A stretch of 64,000 nucleotides of DNA, from NCBI GenBank assembly GCA_963820995.1, contig CAWGCL010000017.1:4729-68728 (forward strand). The letters run 5' to 3'. The notes under the pieces were generated by a model. It saw only the letters and a list, made by a program, of their open reading frames with translations. It was not told where the DNA came from and did no database searches. Made by a program: the position numbers and the translations under genes. This DNA comes from an uncultured Cytophagales bacterium. Its GTDB lineage: Bacteria; Bacteroidota; Bacteroidia; Cytophagales; Cyclobacteriaceae. Below are positions 1-10,375 of this stretch, one piece after another. Position 1 is the stretch's first letter, and every line of letters begins with the position of its first letter.

Positions 1-1742
1 ACTTCTGCTGTCATACCCCTTTGTTCCCTGTGGTTCTTCAACCGGTCAGCGGCCATTTTAAAATCCGGATGAGTGATTATGATAAATTCCGGAGTTGACC
101 TCCCATGAAGATCCTGATTGGTCACCTTGCCCTCTGGATGGGGTTGTAAAAGATTGCTTTCAGAGAAAATAACAAATTTTTTGAGTTGGCTGGTTTCTGT
201 ACCGAACAGGCTACTGCCATTTTCTGTGGAAAATTCCTGATTTATAGGATGAAAAGGATCTGTTATCTCCCAGATATAATTCTCTGATCCATTATCTGCA
301 ATTGAAAATGTCGATAAAGGATTCTTTAAACTTTCAATGGATTGAAAATGGGTTTGTGATTCATAGATTGCCAAATCCCGTTTACACCAAATATTAAAAA
401 AATCAAGGTATCCTGCTGACAGATCATTGCTGCTGCCTTTTACATATCGCATTTTTAAATGTAGGATATCAGTATTGGCTGGAAAAATGCTGGTGCTGAT
501 ACTGAATGTATCGGTCCTGACCTTGCCCTTAATACCATACCTCGTTTCAGGAATCACATCCATTTGTTGCTGCCCTACAGTGAATCCATTTACTTCCAGT
601 TCAAAATAAGAAGAATTATAGGAGGCAGCCATTACAGAACTTATTATTTTCAACTCTTCATTTTCAGTCAATCCTGGCGTCTCGAATTCGTAATCATACG
701 TAGTTTTTAAATCATATTTCTCGCCATACCATTCCCTCCCGGATTTCAGTATGTTCAACTGATCCAGTTCATATTTTAAAAGTTGATCGAATGATTGTAT
801 TAAAGGATAATTATCACCTGAATTTTCTTTATCAATTATTCTAAGTCCGGGAGTATCAGATATATTAAGAAAGTAATAGGAGGTATCAGAATATATATTA
901 TTTACATAATCAACATAATATCCTTCAGAACCCTGCTTAAACTGAAGCTTATGTGGGGAGAGTCCATAAAACAGGATATAATCACCCTGGTTAAACTGGC
1001 CATCATCCTCTCCTGCAACAACAATACTGTTTTCTTCAAGGTCATCTGCTACCGGCTCGTCATTTTTCTGCGGTAGAAGATATCCGCCATTTCCAAAGAT
1101 CCGTATATTCCTGGGATCAATAGCTGCTGGATTGATCCCAAGACTTACCAGGAAGTCGAAATTAATCTGATATACACCATCTTCTGTCAAACCTATTTTG
1201 AACCATTCCCCAGTGGAAAGGACTGATTCAAATGGATCAGATTTTCGATAAATAGACTCCTTGCTTATCCCTGAATCCTTTTCCTCGTAACTGAGGGAAA
1301 AAGAAAGTACTTTCTTAAGGTTCCCGGAAATACTGTCAAGGTAGAAAGGAAGTATCCATACCTTGGTTCCTGCCGCCCCTCCGGATAGAATGGTATTGGA
1401 TCTGATAAGGGGTGTATTTGACAACTCTTTAAATTCAATCAAATCAATTTCAGCCTGACTTAAATTTGCCGTCCGGGTTAATATAATTTGAATATCAAAA
1501 ATTTCTTTGTCAGGTATTTCTACAGGATATAACGGCAAATAAGAATAATCGGCGACATGAATAGACCTCTCAAAATTCAGTACTTGCTTAATACCACCAC
1601 TTGGAATGACTATCGGGGAAGGCTCATTCCATTCTATTACAAACTGTTGTGAATTATTTGTATTAATGGAAAATCCGGGGTGATTAACTGTAAGGAAAGC
1701 AGCTAAAATCAAATAAGTAATTACCTTGCCCACTTTTTTCAA
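1..1742 (-). CDS. porU: Type IX secretion system sortase PorU (peptidase C25 family). This is the N-terminal ~580 codons; the gene runs off the left edge.
   Basis: The minus-strand frame is open from TTG 1740-1742 to position 1. It is missing from the ORF track because it has no stop in the window. I found no in-frame stops in the stretches I checked codon by codon. My translation begins MKKVGKVITYLILAAFLTV (signal-like) and ends ...PEFIIITHPDFKMAADRLKNHREQRGMTAEV, which resembles the entry to a C25/gingipain-like catalytic domain as in PorU. Confidence 0.6.
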   Translation of the reverse strand, partial: MKKVGKVITYLILAAFLTVNHPGFSINTNNSQQFVIEWNEPSPIVIPSGGIKQVLNFERSIHVADYSYLPLYPVEIPDKEIFDIQIILTRTANLSQAEIDLIEFKELSNTPLIRSNTILSGGAAGTKVWILPFYLDSISGNLKKVLSFSLSYEEKDSGISKESIYRKSDPFESVLSTGEWFKIGLTEDGVYQINFDFLVSLGINPAAIDPRNIRIFGNGGYLLPQKNDEPVADDLEENSIVVAGEDDGQFNQGDYILFYGLSPHKLQFKQGSEGYYVDYVNNIYSDTSYYFLNISDTPGLRIIDKENSGDNYPLIQSFDQLLKYELDQLNILKSGREWYGEKYDLKTTYDYEFETPGLTENEELKIISSVMAASYNSSYFELEVNGFTVGQQQMDVIPETRYGIKGKVRTDTFSISTSIFPANTDILHLKMRYVKGSSNDLSAGYLDFFNIWCKRDLAIYESQTHFQSIESLKNPLSTFSIADNGSENYIWEITDPFHPINQEFSTENGSSLFGTETSQLKKFVIFSESNLLQPHPEGKVTNQDLHGRSTPEFIIITHPDFKMAADRLKNHREQRGMTAE

Positions 1743-1872
1743 ATTCCTTTTACCTATATAAACGCTTTCCCGCACATATTATTTATTTTCGGGATAGCAA
1801 AAATAACCACTATTTGCCTAATAATCAGGCAATTTTCAAAATAAAGCTGATCTTAAATCCACTATGTATATT

Positions 1873-2574
1873 TCAAGACACTGCCTTTTTAATAAATATA
1901 TTCTGCCCTAGAGAAAGAAATATATAAAACAAGGTAGCAGGGAAAATTCCCTTCAGGTTAAAAATGATCAATAATACAATAGATACAAGGACCAATAAAA
2001 GACTTAATTCATTCCCTTTTAATGCAAACTCCTTAATTTTAAAAGACATAAATCTCAAAGGTGCATTGAGTAAAAATGAACATATTACGGTGAAAATTAC
2101 TAGACCGTTAGGGTTCGAATAGATAAATGAAAATGCTTCCCAGTCAGCATCCCATGCAAATACTAATCCAGCTATCAGAAAGGCATTGGCCGGTGTCGGC
2201 ATTCCCATAAATACATCCTTTTGATTTTCATCGATATTAAACTTGGCCAATCTAAATGCTGATCCTATGACCACAAGTAAAGATACCATGGGAAGATAGG
2301 GTATCCCATGTTCCTGTATCATATGGTATAATAAAAACGCTGGTAAAATACCAAATGTGACCAGGTCTGCAAGCGAATCTAATTGCTTACCTATCCCTGA
2401 TATTGCCTTTAACATTCTGGCTGAAAAGCCATCTAAAAAATCAAATACAGAGCCAATGAGAATAAACATTGCGCCCTGAGCAAAATTTCCTTCATAAATA
2501 GCAATAAGACCCATGCACCCTGCCAGTAAATTTAGGGTGGTAAAGGTATTTGGAATATACTTTATCAAATTCAT
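1873..2574 (-). CDS. pssA: CDP-diacylglycerol--serine O-phosphatidyltransferase (CDP-alcohol phosphatidyltransferase family)
   Basis: 233-aa polytopic membrane protein. It carries the CDP-alcohol transferase motif DFLDGFSARMLKAISGIGKQLDSLADLVTFG (DGxxAR...G...D...D). Confidence 0.8.
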   Translation of the reverse strand: MNLIKYIPNTFTTLNLLAGCMGLIAIYEGNFAQGAMFILIGSVFDFLDGFSARMLKAISGIGKQLDSLADLVTFGILPAFLLYHMIQEHGIPYLPMVSLLVVIGSAFRLAKFNIDENQKDVFMGMPTPANAFLIAGLVFAWDADWEAFSFIYSNPNGLVIFTVICSFLLNAPLRFMSFKIKEFALKGNELSLLLVLVSIVLLIIFNLKGIFPATLFYIFLSLGQNIFIKKAVS

Positions 2575-2576
2575 AA

Positions 2577-3221
2577 TTAAACATTAATACCGCAAAAGGG
2601 ATTATGCATTTTTTCATGTGAAATCGTTGTTTCGGGGCCATGGCCCGGATATACGACCACCTCATCGGGCAATACAAAAAGTTTTTCCCTGATGCTATTA
2701 ATGAGTGTATCATAATCCCCTCCCGGCAGATCTGTTCTTCCTATGCTGTTTAAAAAGAGTACATCTCCAGCTATACAAATTTCACTATCATCATCATACA
2801 AGGCTATATGCCCGGGAGAATGTCCCGGCACATCAAGAATCTTCAGGGAACTATTGCCCAGTTTAACCTCTTCTCCTTCGGATAAAAATCCATCGTGTTC
2901 TGCCTCTCTAAATTGATTAAATCCAAAAATAGGCGCACTCAATTTAGCACTTCGAAGTACCTGCAGCTCATTCTTCCCAATATAAAAAGGAATATTATAA
3001 TAATCCTTCAGTTGGTCAACCCCAAGTACATGATCAATATGACAATGTGTGTTAATGATAGATTGAGGGCTAAGTCCTTTTTCGGAAATATAACTTTTAA
3101 GTGTCTCATACTCATCTGCCTCGTAACATCCAGGATCAACAATAATACATTTGGAATCATTTTCGATTATAAAAGTATTTTCTGAAAATGCGTTGAAACA
3201 AAAAACTTTGATAGATACCAT
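2577..3221 (-). CDS. MBL-fold metallo-hydrolase (glyoxalase II-like)
   Basis: It has the HxHxDH motif (THCHIDHV) and a downstream GHSPGH. I prefer the ATG at 3221 (MVSIKVF...) over the track start at 3272, because 3272 leaves only 14 nt to the divergent neighbour. Confidence 0.75.
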   Translation of the reverse strand: MVSIKVFCFNAFSENTFIIENDSKCIIVDPGCYEADEYETLKSYISEKGLSPQSIINTHCHIDHVLGVDQLKDYYNIPFYIGKNELQVLRSAKLSAPIFGFNQFREAEHDGFLSEGEEVKLGNSSLKILDVPGHSPGHIALYDDDSEICIAGDVLFLNSIGRTDLPGGDYDTLINSIREKLFVLPDEVVVYPGHGPETTISHEKMHNPFCGINV

Positions 3222-3286
3222 ATCACTCAAATTTATTACAATTTTGCTCGTAAAACTACCAAAATCAAACAAGTAAATAAAGTAAC

Positions 3287-4336
3287 GTGAAGGTTGATTA
3301 CATCATCGTCGGGCAGGGATTGGCAGGCAGCCTTATAGCATATGAGTTGATGCAGAGGAACAGGAAAATCCTTGTCTACGATTTGCCGAAAGAAAACCAT
3401 TCCTCCATTGTAGCTGCAGGATTATTTAATCCTGTTACCGGACGTCGATTTGTAAAAACCTGGAAAGCGGATGACTTGTTCCCATTCCTTCATGATTTCT
3501 ACCCTGCTGCAGAAAAACATCTTGGATCGAAATTTTTTTATAGTTTGCAAATGTTCAGGCCATTTATCAATATACAGGAACAAAACAAAATTACAGCTGA
3601 TATCAATAATCCTGAAGAGAATAATTACCTTATAAGGGTTAAAAGTGAATCAAAAATCCTAAGGATCAATAAGGAATTTGGTGGGGTACAGGTTAAGTCT
3701 GCCGGATTTTTAGATATCCCGGTCTTTATAGATTCTGTAAGGCAAAAAATCAGGGAAGCAGGAATATATAGAAATGCCAGGTTTACGGAAGACAATCTAT
3801 CATTGAAATCTCAATCAATTCACTATGAGGGATTTATATCAAAAAAAATCATCTTTTGTAATGGAGCCCATGCTTCAAGGAGCAAACTGTTCAGTTGGCT
3901 GCCTTTCAAACTGGTGAAAGGCGAATTAATTTATACAACAATAAGCCCTCCTTTTGAGTTTATTTACAACAGGAATTTATTCATATTGCCCTACATGGGT
4001 GAGGTTCACAAAGTTGGATCGACCTATGATTGGGAAAGAATTGATACAATTCCGACTGAAGAAGGTAAAAAAATGCTTGAAAACAAACTAAAAGGTATTT
4101 TAGACGTTAATTTTAAAACCATTAATCATTTAGCCGGTATTCGTCCTGCTACTAAAGATAGAAGGCCATTTATTGGGATACATCCCCAATATGAGAATAT
4201 AGGCATTTTTAATGGTCTTGGCTCAAAAGGCGTCTCTTTAGGCCCGTATTTTGCAGGAAAATTTATCGACAGCCTTGAAAGTGATATGGAAATTGAATTT
4301 GAAGCGAATATAAAACGATACAATTCTTTATATTAG
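3287..4336 (+). CDS. FAD-dependent oxidoreductase (DAO family)
   Basis: GTG start. The N-terminus has a dinucleotide-binding motif, DYIIVGQGLAGS. Length is 349 aa. Confidence 0.6.
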   Translation: MKVDYIIVGQGLAGSLIAYELMQRNRKILVYDLPKENHSSIVAAGLFNPVTGRRFVKTWKADDLFPFLHDFYPAAEKHLGSKFFYSLQMFRPFINIQEQNKITADINNPEENNYLIRVKSESKILRINKEFGGVQVKSAGFLDIPVFIDSVRQKIREAGIYRNARFTEDNLSLKSQSIHYEGFISKKIIFCNGAHASRSKLFSWLPFKLVKGELIYTTISPPFEFIYNRNLFILPYMGEVHKVGSTYDWERIDTIPTEEGKKMLENKLKGILDVNFKTINHLAGIRPATKDRRPFIGIHPQYENIGIFNGLGSKGVSLGPYFAGKFIDSLESDMEIEFEANIKRYNSLY

Positions 4337-4367
4337 TAGTTACATATTTACAGTTGTGTTAGAGATA

Positions 4368-7300
4368 ATGAAGCGTTTTGTAATTTTACTATGTTTATTG
4401 CTTACAGTGCTGGTCCATCAGGCCAGTGCTCAGATGAGTGTGGATGAATTTGGCAAGAACCGCTTACAATTCAAGAATTTTGACTGGCGATATTTAAGTT
4501 CCGAAAATTTTGACATATACTTTCTATGATGGGGGTAACGAAATTGCAAAACAAGCCGCCCAATACCTGGAAGATGAATTTGAAAGAATTACTGATCTAT
4601 TAGGCTATTCCCCATATACTAAAACCAGGATCTTTCTCTATAACTCAGTAACTGATTTACAACAGAGTAATATAGGGGCAAATAGAACCAACTTTTCTGT
4701 TGGAGGGGAAACAGATTTCGTAAAACCTCAGGTAGAAATTGCCTACCCGGGATTAATGAGTGACTTTAAGGATGAATTGGTTTATAAGATCTCTCAGATG
4801 CTGATTAACGATATGATGTTTGGAGGCAGTCTGGGGGATATGTTCCAAAGTTCATATTTGTTGACATTGCCGGAATGGTATATTGATGGTGCTGCCAGCT
4901 ATATTGCCTATGGTTGGAATGTTGAATTGGATGATTATATGCGTGACCATTTTATCAATGGGAAGCCAAAGAAACTGAATAAATACCTGGGTGAAGATGC
5001 CAGAATGATTGGCCAGTCCGTATGGAATTTTATTGCTGAAAGATATGGCAGAACCAATATTGCTAATATTTTGAATCTTACCAGAATTATCCGTAAGGAA
5101 GATAAAAGTATTTCTAATACACTGGGGGTCTCATTTCAGAATTTTATTGAAGAGTGGTTGACATTTTATATGGATATTTCAAATTATGTTCTTACCAGCT
5201 ATTCACCACCGGAAAGGGATAAAATCGAAATAAAGAACAGAAGAAATTATAAATATCATAAACTTAAGATCAGCCCTGACGGCCGCTATTTAGCTTATTC
5301 AAGAAATTATCGAGGGAAGTATAAGGTGATCCTGGATGATTTACAATCCAGAAGATCCATTGATATTATGACTGGTGGCTATAAGGTCATCAACCAGCAA
5401 ATCGAATATGAAATGCCTATTATGAGCTGGATAGATAATGAAAACCTTGCCATCATCACAAAAAAATATGGCAAAAACTTTCTCTGGTTCTTTAATGTGA
5501 ATTCAAGAAGAAGGCAGAAGAAAGAACTTACCAGATTAAGCAATATAAAGGATTTTGATGTATCTGAAAGCGGAAACTTAGCTGTAATGAGTGCTGACCT
5601 TAACGGCCAGAGTGATATATTTCTGATCAGCCTCAGGCGTAATTCAATAAAAAGAATCACTAAGGATATTTATGATGATATTAATCCAAAATTTATACCG
5701 GGATCCAGTGCTATAATCTTCAGTTCGAACCGACCTTCAGATTCTTTAAATGTTGAAAAAAAGATCAATATTGAAGAATTAAGTGATGTATATAACCTCT
5801 TCGTTTATTCCATAGATACGACCCGAAACCTTCTTTTCAGGGTAACAAATACTTTAAGTCGAAATGTAAATCCCATCCCAATCAGTGATACGGAATTTTA
5901 TTATATAAGCAATCAACAAGGCATCGATAATCTTTATAAATTTAATATTAATCGAAAAATATATACTCAAGTCTCAAATTTCAGATCAAGTATATTGGAT
6001 TATGACTTAGGCCCGAATAAATCAGGTATGGCATTCACCATGCTCGATAATGGCATCACAAGTATATATTATTATCCTAATTTTGATCTGAATCAAAACA
6101 CTTTTACTCCCCAAACAAGGCGTCAGGAGGTGATCAATGCAAAATTCGTGGCTGAAAAAATCCAGAACCGAAGGGTAATGCTGAAAGATTCTCTTACTCG
6201 TGCAAAAATTGCGGAACAGCAGAAGTTGATATTCCCTGATGCTAATACTAACGAAGAAGAAGAGATCTTGCCTGATAAAGTAGAGGTCATAGATTCTGAT
6301 ATGCTTGATCTTATTGACACAGATAATTTTACCTTTGAATCTGAAAGTACGCCCCCAGAAACTCAAGTAGCAGAAGATACATTGGTTGAAGAAAGTACAC
6401 CTGAAATATTGGCCGAAATAGATACAGTTCGATGATGAAAGTATAACAACTGAAACACTGGCTGAAATCAGATACGATTGCAGAAGAAAGTATATTGACT
6501 GAAATGCAAGCACAAAAAGATTCAACTGCTGAAGAAAGCACTGTAGCCCAAGCCGTGGATACTTCCGAAGACGAGGAATCACTTGAGGACATTATTGAGA
6601 AGCAATATGCAGATCCCACAGAAACACAATTAGACGATCCTTTACAGAAACGATTTGATGAGCCTGTTATCTCTTCAGGTGAATTTATTGATACGGATAA
6701 TTATGTGTTCGATAAGGAAAATGTTCAGGAAACACAAAAGCAGGAATCTTTCCTTTCAAAATATAGAAAATTTAAAAAGGAAAATGAGATCCTGGGGCCT
6801 TATGATTATAAAACACAGTTCAGCGCCCAGAACCTGGTTACTTCTTTCGTAATTGATCCTTTGCTTGGCTTTGGCATTCAACTGGAAATGTCTATGAATG
6901 ATATGCTTGAGGACCATAAGTTCCTTGGTGGAATTCTTGCCACCACTAATTTAAGAAGTGGAAAATTATTCGGAGAATATCAGTATCTGAAGCATACAAT
7001 AGATTTTAGTGTGCGATATGACAGGAAATCCTTATACAGAGGAACAGAAGCAGGAAGTCAGAAATATGCTTTAAACCAATTTGAATTAGGTGCAGCCCTG
7101 CCATTTAACAATACTTCCAGAATTGCCATAAAGCCATTCTATGCAATGACAACCTATAATGACCTCAATGGTTTGACATTGACCAATCCGACACCAAATA
7201 CGGAAACTTCAAATATGGTCCATTATCTTGGGTTCAAGGCTGAATATGTTTTTGACAATACAGTGGTCACTGGTCTTAATATGACTTCAGGATTAAAGGG

Positions 7301-7982
7301 AAAAATCGGTTATAGTATGTACCAGAGTGTGGATGAATCGGAAAAAAGCTTTAGCAATTTTTATATCGATTTCAGAAACTATCAGAAGATACATAAGGAA
7401 TTCGTTTTTGCCACCCGTCTTTATTATGGGCGATTTATGGGATCGAACCAACAGAGCTATCTTCTGGGTGGGCTTGATAACTGGTTATTTAACTCAACAA
7501 ATGTGACAGGGCCAGATGATCCTTTGGTAAATTTGCCGTTAGTTGACAATAGCGATCAATTGTTCCTCCAGTATGTAATGCCGCTTAGAGGATTTAATTA
7601 CAATACATTTAATGGGACAAATGCCATGGTTGTTAATTTTGAACTGCGGTTCCCAATTATTAAATACTTTTCATCCAAACCTATATCATCAAGTTTCCTT
7701 AGAAATCTGTTATTTGTAGGATTTTATGATATCGGTTCGGCCTGGACTGGAAAATCACCCTTCGCAACAGAAAACAGTGTCAATACCCAATACATCAAAA
7801 ATGAAGGATCACCCTTCCAGGCGCGAATTCAGAATTTCAACAATCCCTGGTTATCTTCCTATGGATTTGGGCTCCGAACTGTCCTTTTGGGATATTATAT
7901 GAAGTTTGATCTGGCATATCCAATAGAAGATTACACCATTGGCAAACCCCGGTTCCTGGTTTCATTAGGCTATGATTTTTGA
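4368..7982 (+). pseudogene. Large outer-membrane protein: signal peptide, PD40/TolB-like propeller region, acidic repeat linker and an Omp85-like beta-barrel. It is read in three frames, interrupted at about 4524, 6430 and 6469.
   Basis: Positions 4368-4523 encode MKRFVILLCLLLTVLVHQASAQ...ENFDIYF, followed by a stop at 4527. The sequence continues as YDGGNEIAKQ in ORF 4510-6435. The acidic repeat then continues across the stop at 6433-6435 into frame 2 (DDESITTETLAEI) and into frame 0 (ORF 6495-7982). That last ORF ends ...LVSLGYDF, a barrel-type C-terminus. Confidence 0.6.
6367..6560 (+). repeat. Imperfect tandem coding repeat, about 42-48 nt per unit, Glu/Asp/Thr-rich
   Basis: The units read (A/D)EES-x-(T/L)-x-E-x-LAEIDT(V/I): EESTPEILAEIDTV / DDESITTETLAEIDTI / AEESILTEMQAQKDST / AEESTVAQAVDTS. 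Nucleotide similarity between units is visible by eye. Confidence 0.6.
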
Positions 7983-8009
7983 CCTTCATATTATCCAGCG
8001 TAAAACCAT

Positions 8010-8777
8010 ATGAAATTATTTTATAGAGAATTCGGAAATGGGGAGCCATTAATTATCCTTCACGGCTTATTTGGAAGTTCCGATAACTGGCAAACCCTTG
8101 CTAAAAAATTTGCTGAAGAATTTAAAGTATATACGGTTGATCTGAGAAACCACGGACGATCTTTTCATCATGATGAATTTAACTATGATGTCATGATGCA
8201 TGATGTTGAAGAACTTATAAAGGATATAGGATTAGAGAAAGTTTCTCTGATGGGACATTCGATGGGTGGAAAATTGAGCATGAAATATGCATTGAACTTC
8301 CCTGACAAAGTTGCAAATCTGATCGTGGTTGATATTGCTCCAAGAAAATATCAGGTATTGCATGAAGGCTTAATTAAAGCTCTAAAATCCCTGAATTTAT
8401 CACAATATAATAAGCGAGAGGAAGCAGATGATGCTTTAAGCAATCAATTACTGAATTTCGCGGTGCGTCAATTTTTACTGAAAAACCTGGTTAGAAATCC
8501 AAAAGGTGGATTTAAATGGAAGATAAACCTGGAAGTGATTGACCGGAATATTCAAAACCTTGTGGTTGAAATAACATCAAAGCACGCCTACCAGGGAAAC
8601 ACATTATTTATCGCAGGCGATAAATCAGATTATATCAGACCTGTCGATGAAGAACAAATCATGAAGTTATTTCCCAAGGCAAGGATCAAATACCTGCCAG
8701 ACACCGGGCACTGGGTTCATGCTCAGGCACCTGAACTTTTATACGAAACCGTTATTGAATTTATAAGATCCTCCTAA
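8010..8777 (+). CDS. Alpha/beta hydrolase (esterase YbfF-like)
   Basis: It has an HGLFGS oxyanion region, the nucleophile elbow GHSMGG, and a C-terminal GHWVHA. Length is 255 aa. Confidence 0.75.
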   Translation: MKLFYREFGNGEPLIILHGLFGSSDNWQTLAKKFAEEFKVYTVDLRNHGRSFHHDEFNYDVMMHDVEELIKDIGLEKVSLMGHSMGGKLSMKYALNFPDKVANLIVVDIAPRKYQVLHEGLIKALKSLNLSQYNKREEADDALSNQLLNFAVRQFLLKNLVRNPKGGFKWKINLEVIDRNIQNLVVEITSKHAYQGNTLFIAGDKSDYIRPVDEEQIMKLFPKARIKYLPDTGHWVHAQAPELLYETVIEFIRSS

Positions 8778-8778
8778 T

Positions 8779-9483
8779 ATGCCTGCAGGAAAAATATTTA
8801 TTATACCGACTCCGATTTCAGATGCAGATCCGAAATCCGTATTACCAAATATGGTGATTGAGATGATTCATAATCTTGATACTTTTTTTGTAGAAAACAT
8901 CCGAACTGCCCGTCGCTTTCTATCAAGTATTGGTGTTAAGAACATTCAGGATCTAACATTTGAGCTTATGGATAAAAACACTGATCAACAATCATTAGAG
9001 CGCATGATCCAGATAGTTAAAAATGGAAAGGACGCAGGGATTATGTCTGAAGCAGGTTGTCCCGGAATTGCAGATCCCGGATCAGGTATTACAAGTCTTG
9101 CCCATAAAAATGACATAAAGGTAATCCCCTTTACGGGCCCCTCCTCTATTTTCCTTGGGTTGATGGCTTCAGGCTTTAATGGACAAAATTTTCAGTTCCA
9201 TGGATATCTGCCGATCGACAGGGAAGCCCGTAAAAAATCCTTACTTGACCTGGAAAGAATGGTCTATACAAAAAATCAGACCCAGATCTTCATGGAGACC
9301 CCATATAGGAACAACCAGATCCTTGAGGCACTTCTTAAGATCTTGAAACCAGAAACATTATTATGTATTGCAGCGGATATTTCATCCGAAAACGAGTTTA
9401 TCAAAACCCAACCAGTAAGTATTTGGAGGAAACAGGTTCCCGATATCCATAAAAAACCTGTTATGTTTTTGTTATATAAATAA
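8779..9483 (+). CDS. SAM-dependent methyltransferase, tetrapyrrole-methylase fold (RsmI/YraL-like)
   Basis: 234 aa. SEAGCPGIADPG and the TGPSS motif are typical of the TP-methylase / RsmI family. Confidence 0.6.
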   Translation: MPAGKIFIIPTPISDADPKSVLPNMVIEMIHNLDTFFVENIRTARRFLSSIGVKNIQDLTFELMDKNTDQQSLERMIQIVKNGKDAGIMSEAGCPGIADPGSGITSLAHKNDIKVIPFTGPSSIFLGLMASGFNGQNFQFHGYLPIDREARKKSLLDLERMVYTKNQTQIFMETPYRNNQILEALLKILKPETLLCIAADISSENEFIKTQPVSIWRKQVPDIHKKPVMFLLYK

Positions 9484-9621
9484 AACGGATTCAGCCAGGT
9501 TCATTTATTGTATATCATAAATTTATATTCTTTAATAATAATCACCCATAAAAATTCTATAATAAAGATAATTTTCCGACTTTTAGAATTGTAATATCCG
9601 GAGATTTTAAAGGTTTTAAAC

Positions 9622-10365
9622 GTGCCTTATAAACTGATGCCTATATTTAAGGTCCTAACTATTCTTATCGTTATTCTTCCAATATCGCACTTCCAAAAAT
9701 CATTTGGACATAGCTCCTTTTCGCAAATAATAGTAAATGACAGCCTGGTTTTTGTTTCCGGGAATATCCGGGATTCCCTAACTGGCAGTGGCATTGGAAA
9801 TGTATTAATTACTTATAGAGAAGCCCCTTATGGTAATTTTGTAGGAATTGTAAGAAGCAGGGATGGTGATGGTTACTATAGCTACAAGACCTTTGGGCAT
9901 GAAAAGTATATAATAGAGATTAAATCTGAGGATTATATTGGAACGGCTGATACAATATATCCACTATCTCACCCGGGCATATCTATCAATAAAGATTATA
10001 CATTATCTAAAAAACCATCGGATGAAATAATTTTACTCGACAACCTGATATTTGATCTGGGAGAATCAGAAATAAAACCTGAGTCTTTCGATGAACTTGA
10101 TGCTTTGGCGAATTTAATGAAGATAAATCCTGATATGATTATTCAGCTCGAAGGCCATACTGATTTTAGAGGTGGAAGGTCAAAAAATTTAAAACTTTCG
10201 CAGGAACGTGTTAAACAGGTTAAAAATTACTTAATTCACGGTGGAATTATGCCCGACAGGATCCTTACAAAAGCATATGGAGGATCTAATCCTCTTAGCT
10301 GGGAAAATACGGAAGAGGCATCACGACTAAACAGGCGAGTGGAAGTAAGGATAATCAGGCGTTAA
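9622..10365 (+). CDS. OmpA-family protein with a C-terminal peptidoglycan-binding OmpA domain
   Basis: The C-terminus reads FDLGESEIKPES...LEGHTDFRGG...LSQERVKQV...NRRVEVRI. The start is GTG 9622, with ATG 9637 as an alternative. The N-terminus is hydrophobic. Confidence 0.75.
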   Translation: MPYKLMPIFKVLTILIVILPISHFQKSFGHSSFSQIIVNDSLVFVSGNIRDSLTGSGIGNVLITYREAPYGNFVGIVRSRDGDGYYSYKTFGHEKYIIEIKSEDYIGTADTIYPLSHPGISINKDYTLSKKPSDEIILLDNLIFDLGESEIKPESFDELDALANLMKINPDMIIQLEGHTDFRGGRSKNLKLSQERVKQVKNYLIHGGIMPDRILTKAYGGSNPLSWENTEEASRLNRRVEVRIIRR

Positions 10366-10375
10366 GACTGAAAAT

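Noticed and set aside
1814-1840. Hairpin TTGCCT/AGGCAA followed by TTTT, between pssA and porU
   Set aside because: The T run follows the hairpin only on the plus strand, where there is no upstream gene. On the minus strand, downstream of pssA, the hairpin is not followed by a U run. It is too weak to call a terminator.
4521-4529. Programmed +1 ribosomal frameshifting as the explanation for the interrupted genes. TTT CTA TGA at 4521-4529 looks superficially like a shifty codon followed by a rare codon and a stop.
   Set aside because: The other five sites share no slippery codon, no adjacent in-frame stop pattern and no common upstream stimulator. At 6430 and 6469 the P-site codons (GTT, ATC) cannot re-pair in the +1 frame. 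Simple single-base insertions explain all six sites.
6367-6560. The periodic ~48-nt repeats might be a CRISPR-like or other non-coding array
   Set aside because: The units are imperfect, directly abutting with no spacers, and translate into a coherent acidic peptide repeat within a gene.
6022-6619. Long minus-strand ORFs (6022-6582 at 186 aa, 6329-6619 at 96 aa, 6123-6320 at 65 aa) opposite the acidic repeat region
   Set aside because: These are antisense shadows of a Glu/Asp-rich coding repeat. GAA/GAT codons read as TTC/ATC on the other strand, so stops are rare. The products are Ser/Phe/Leu-rich low-complexity sequence with no motifs.
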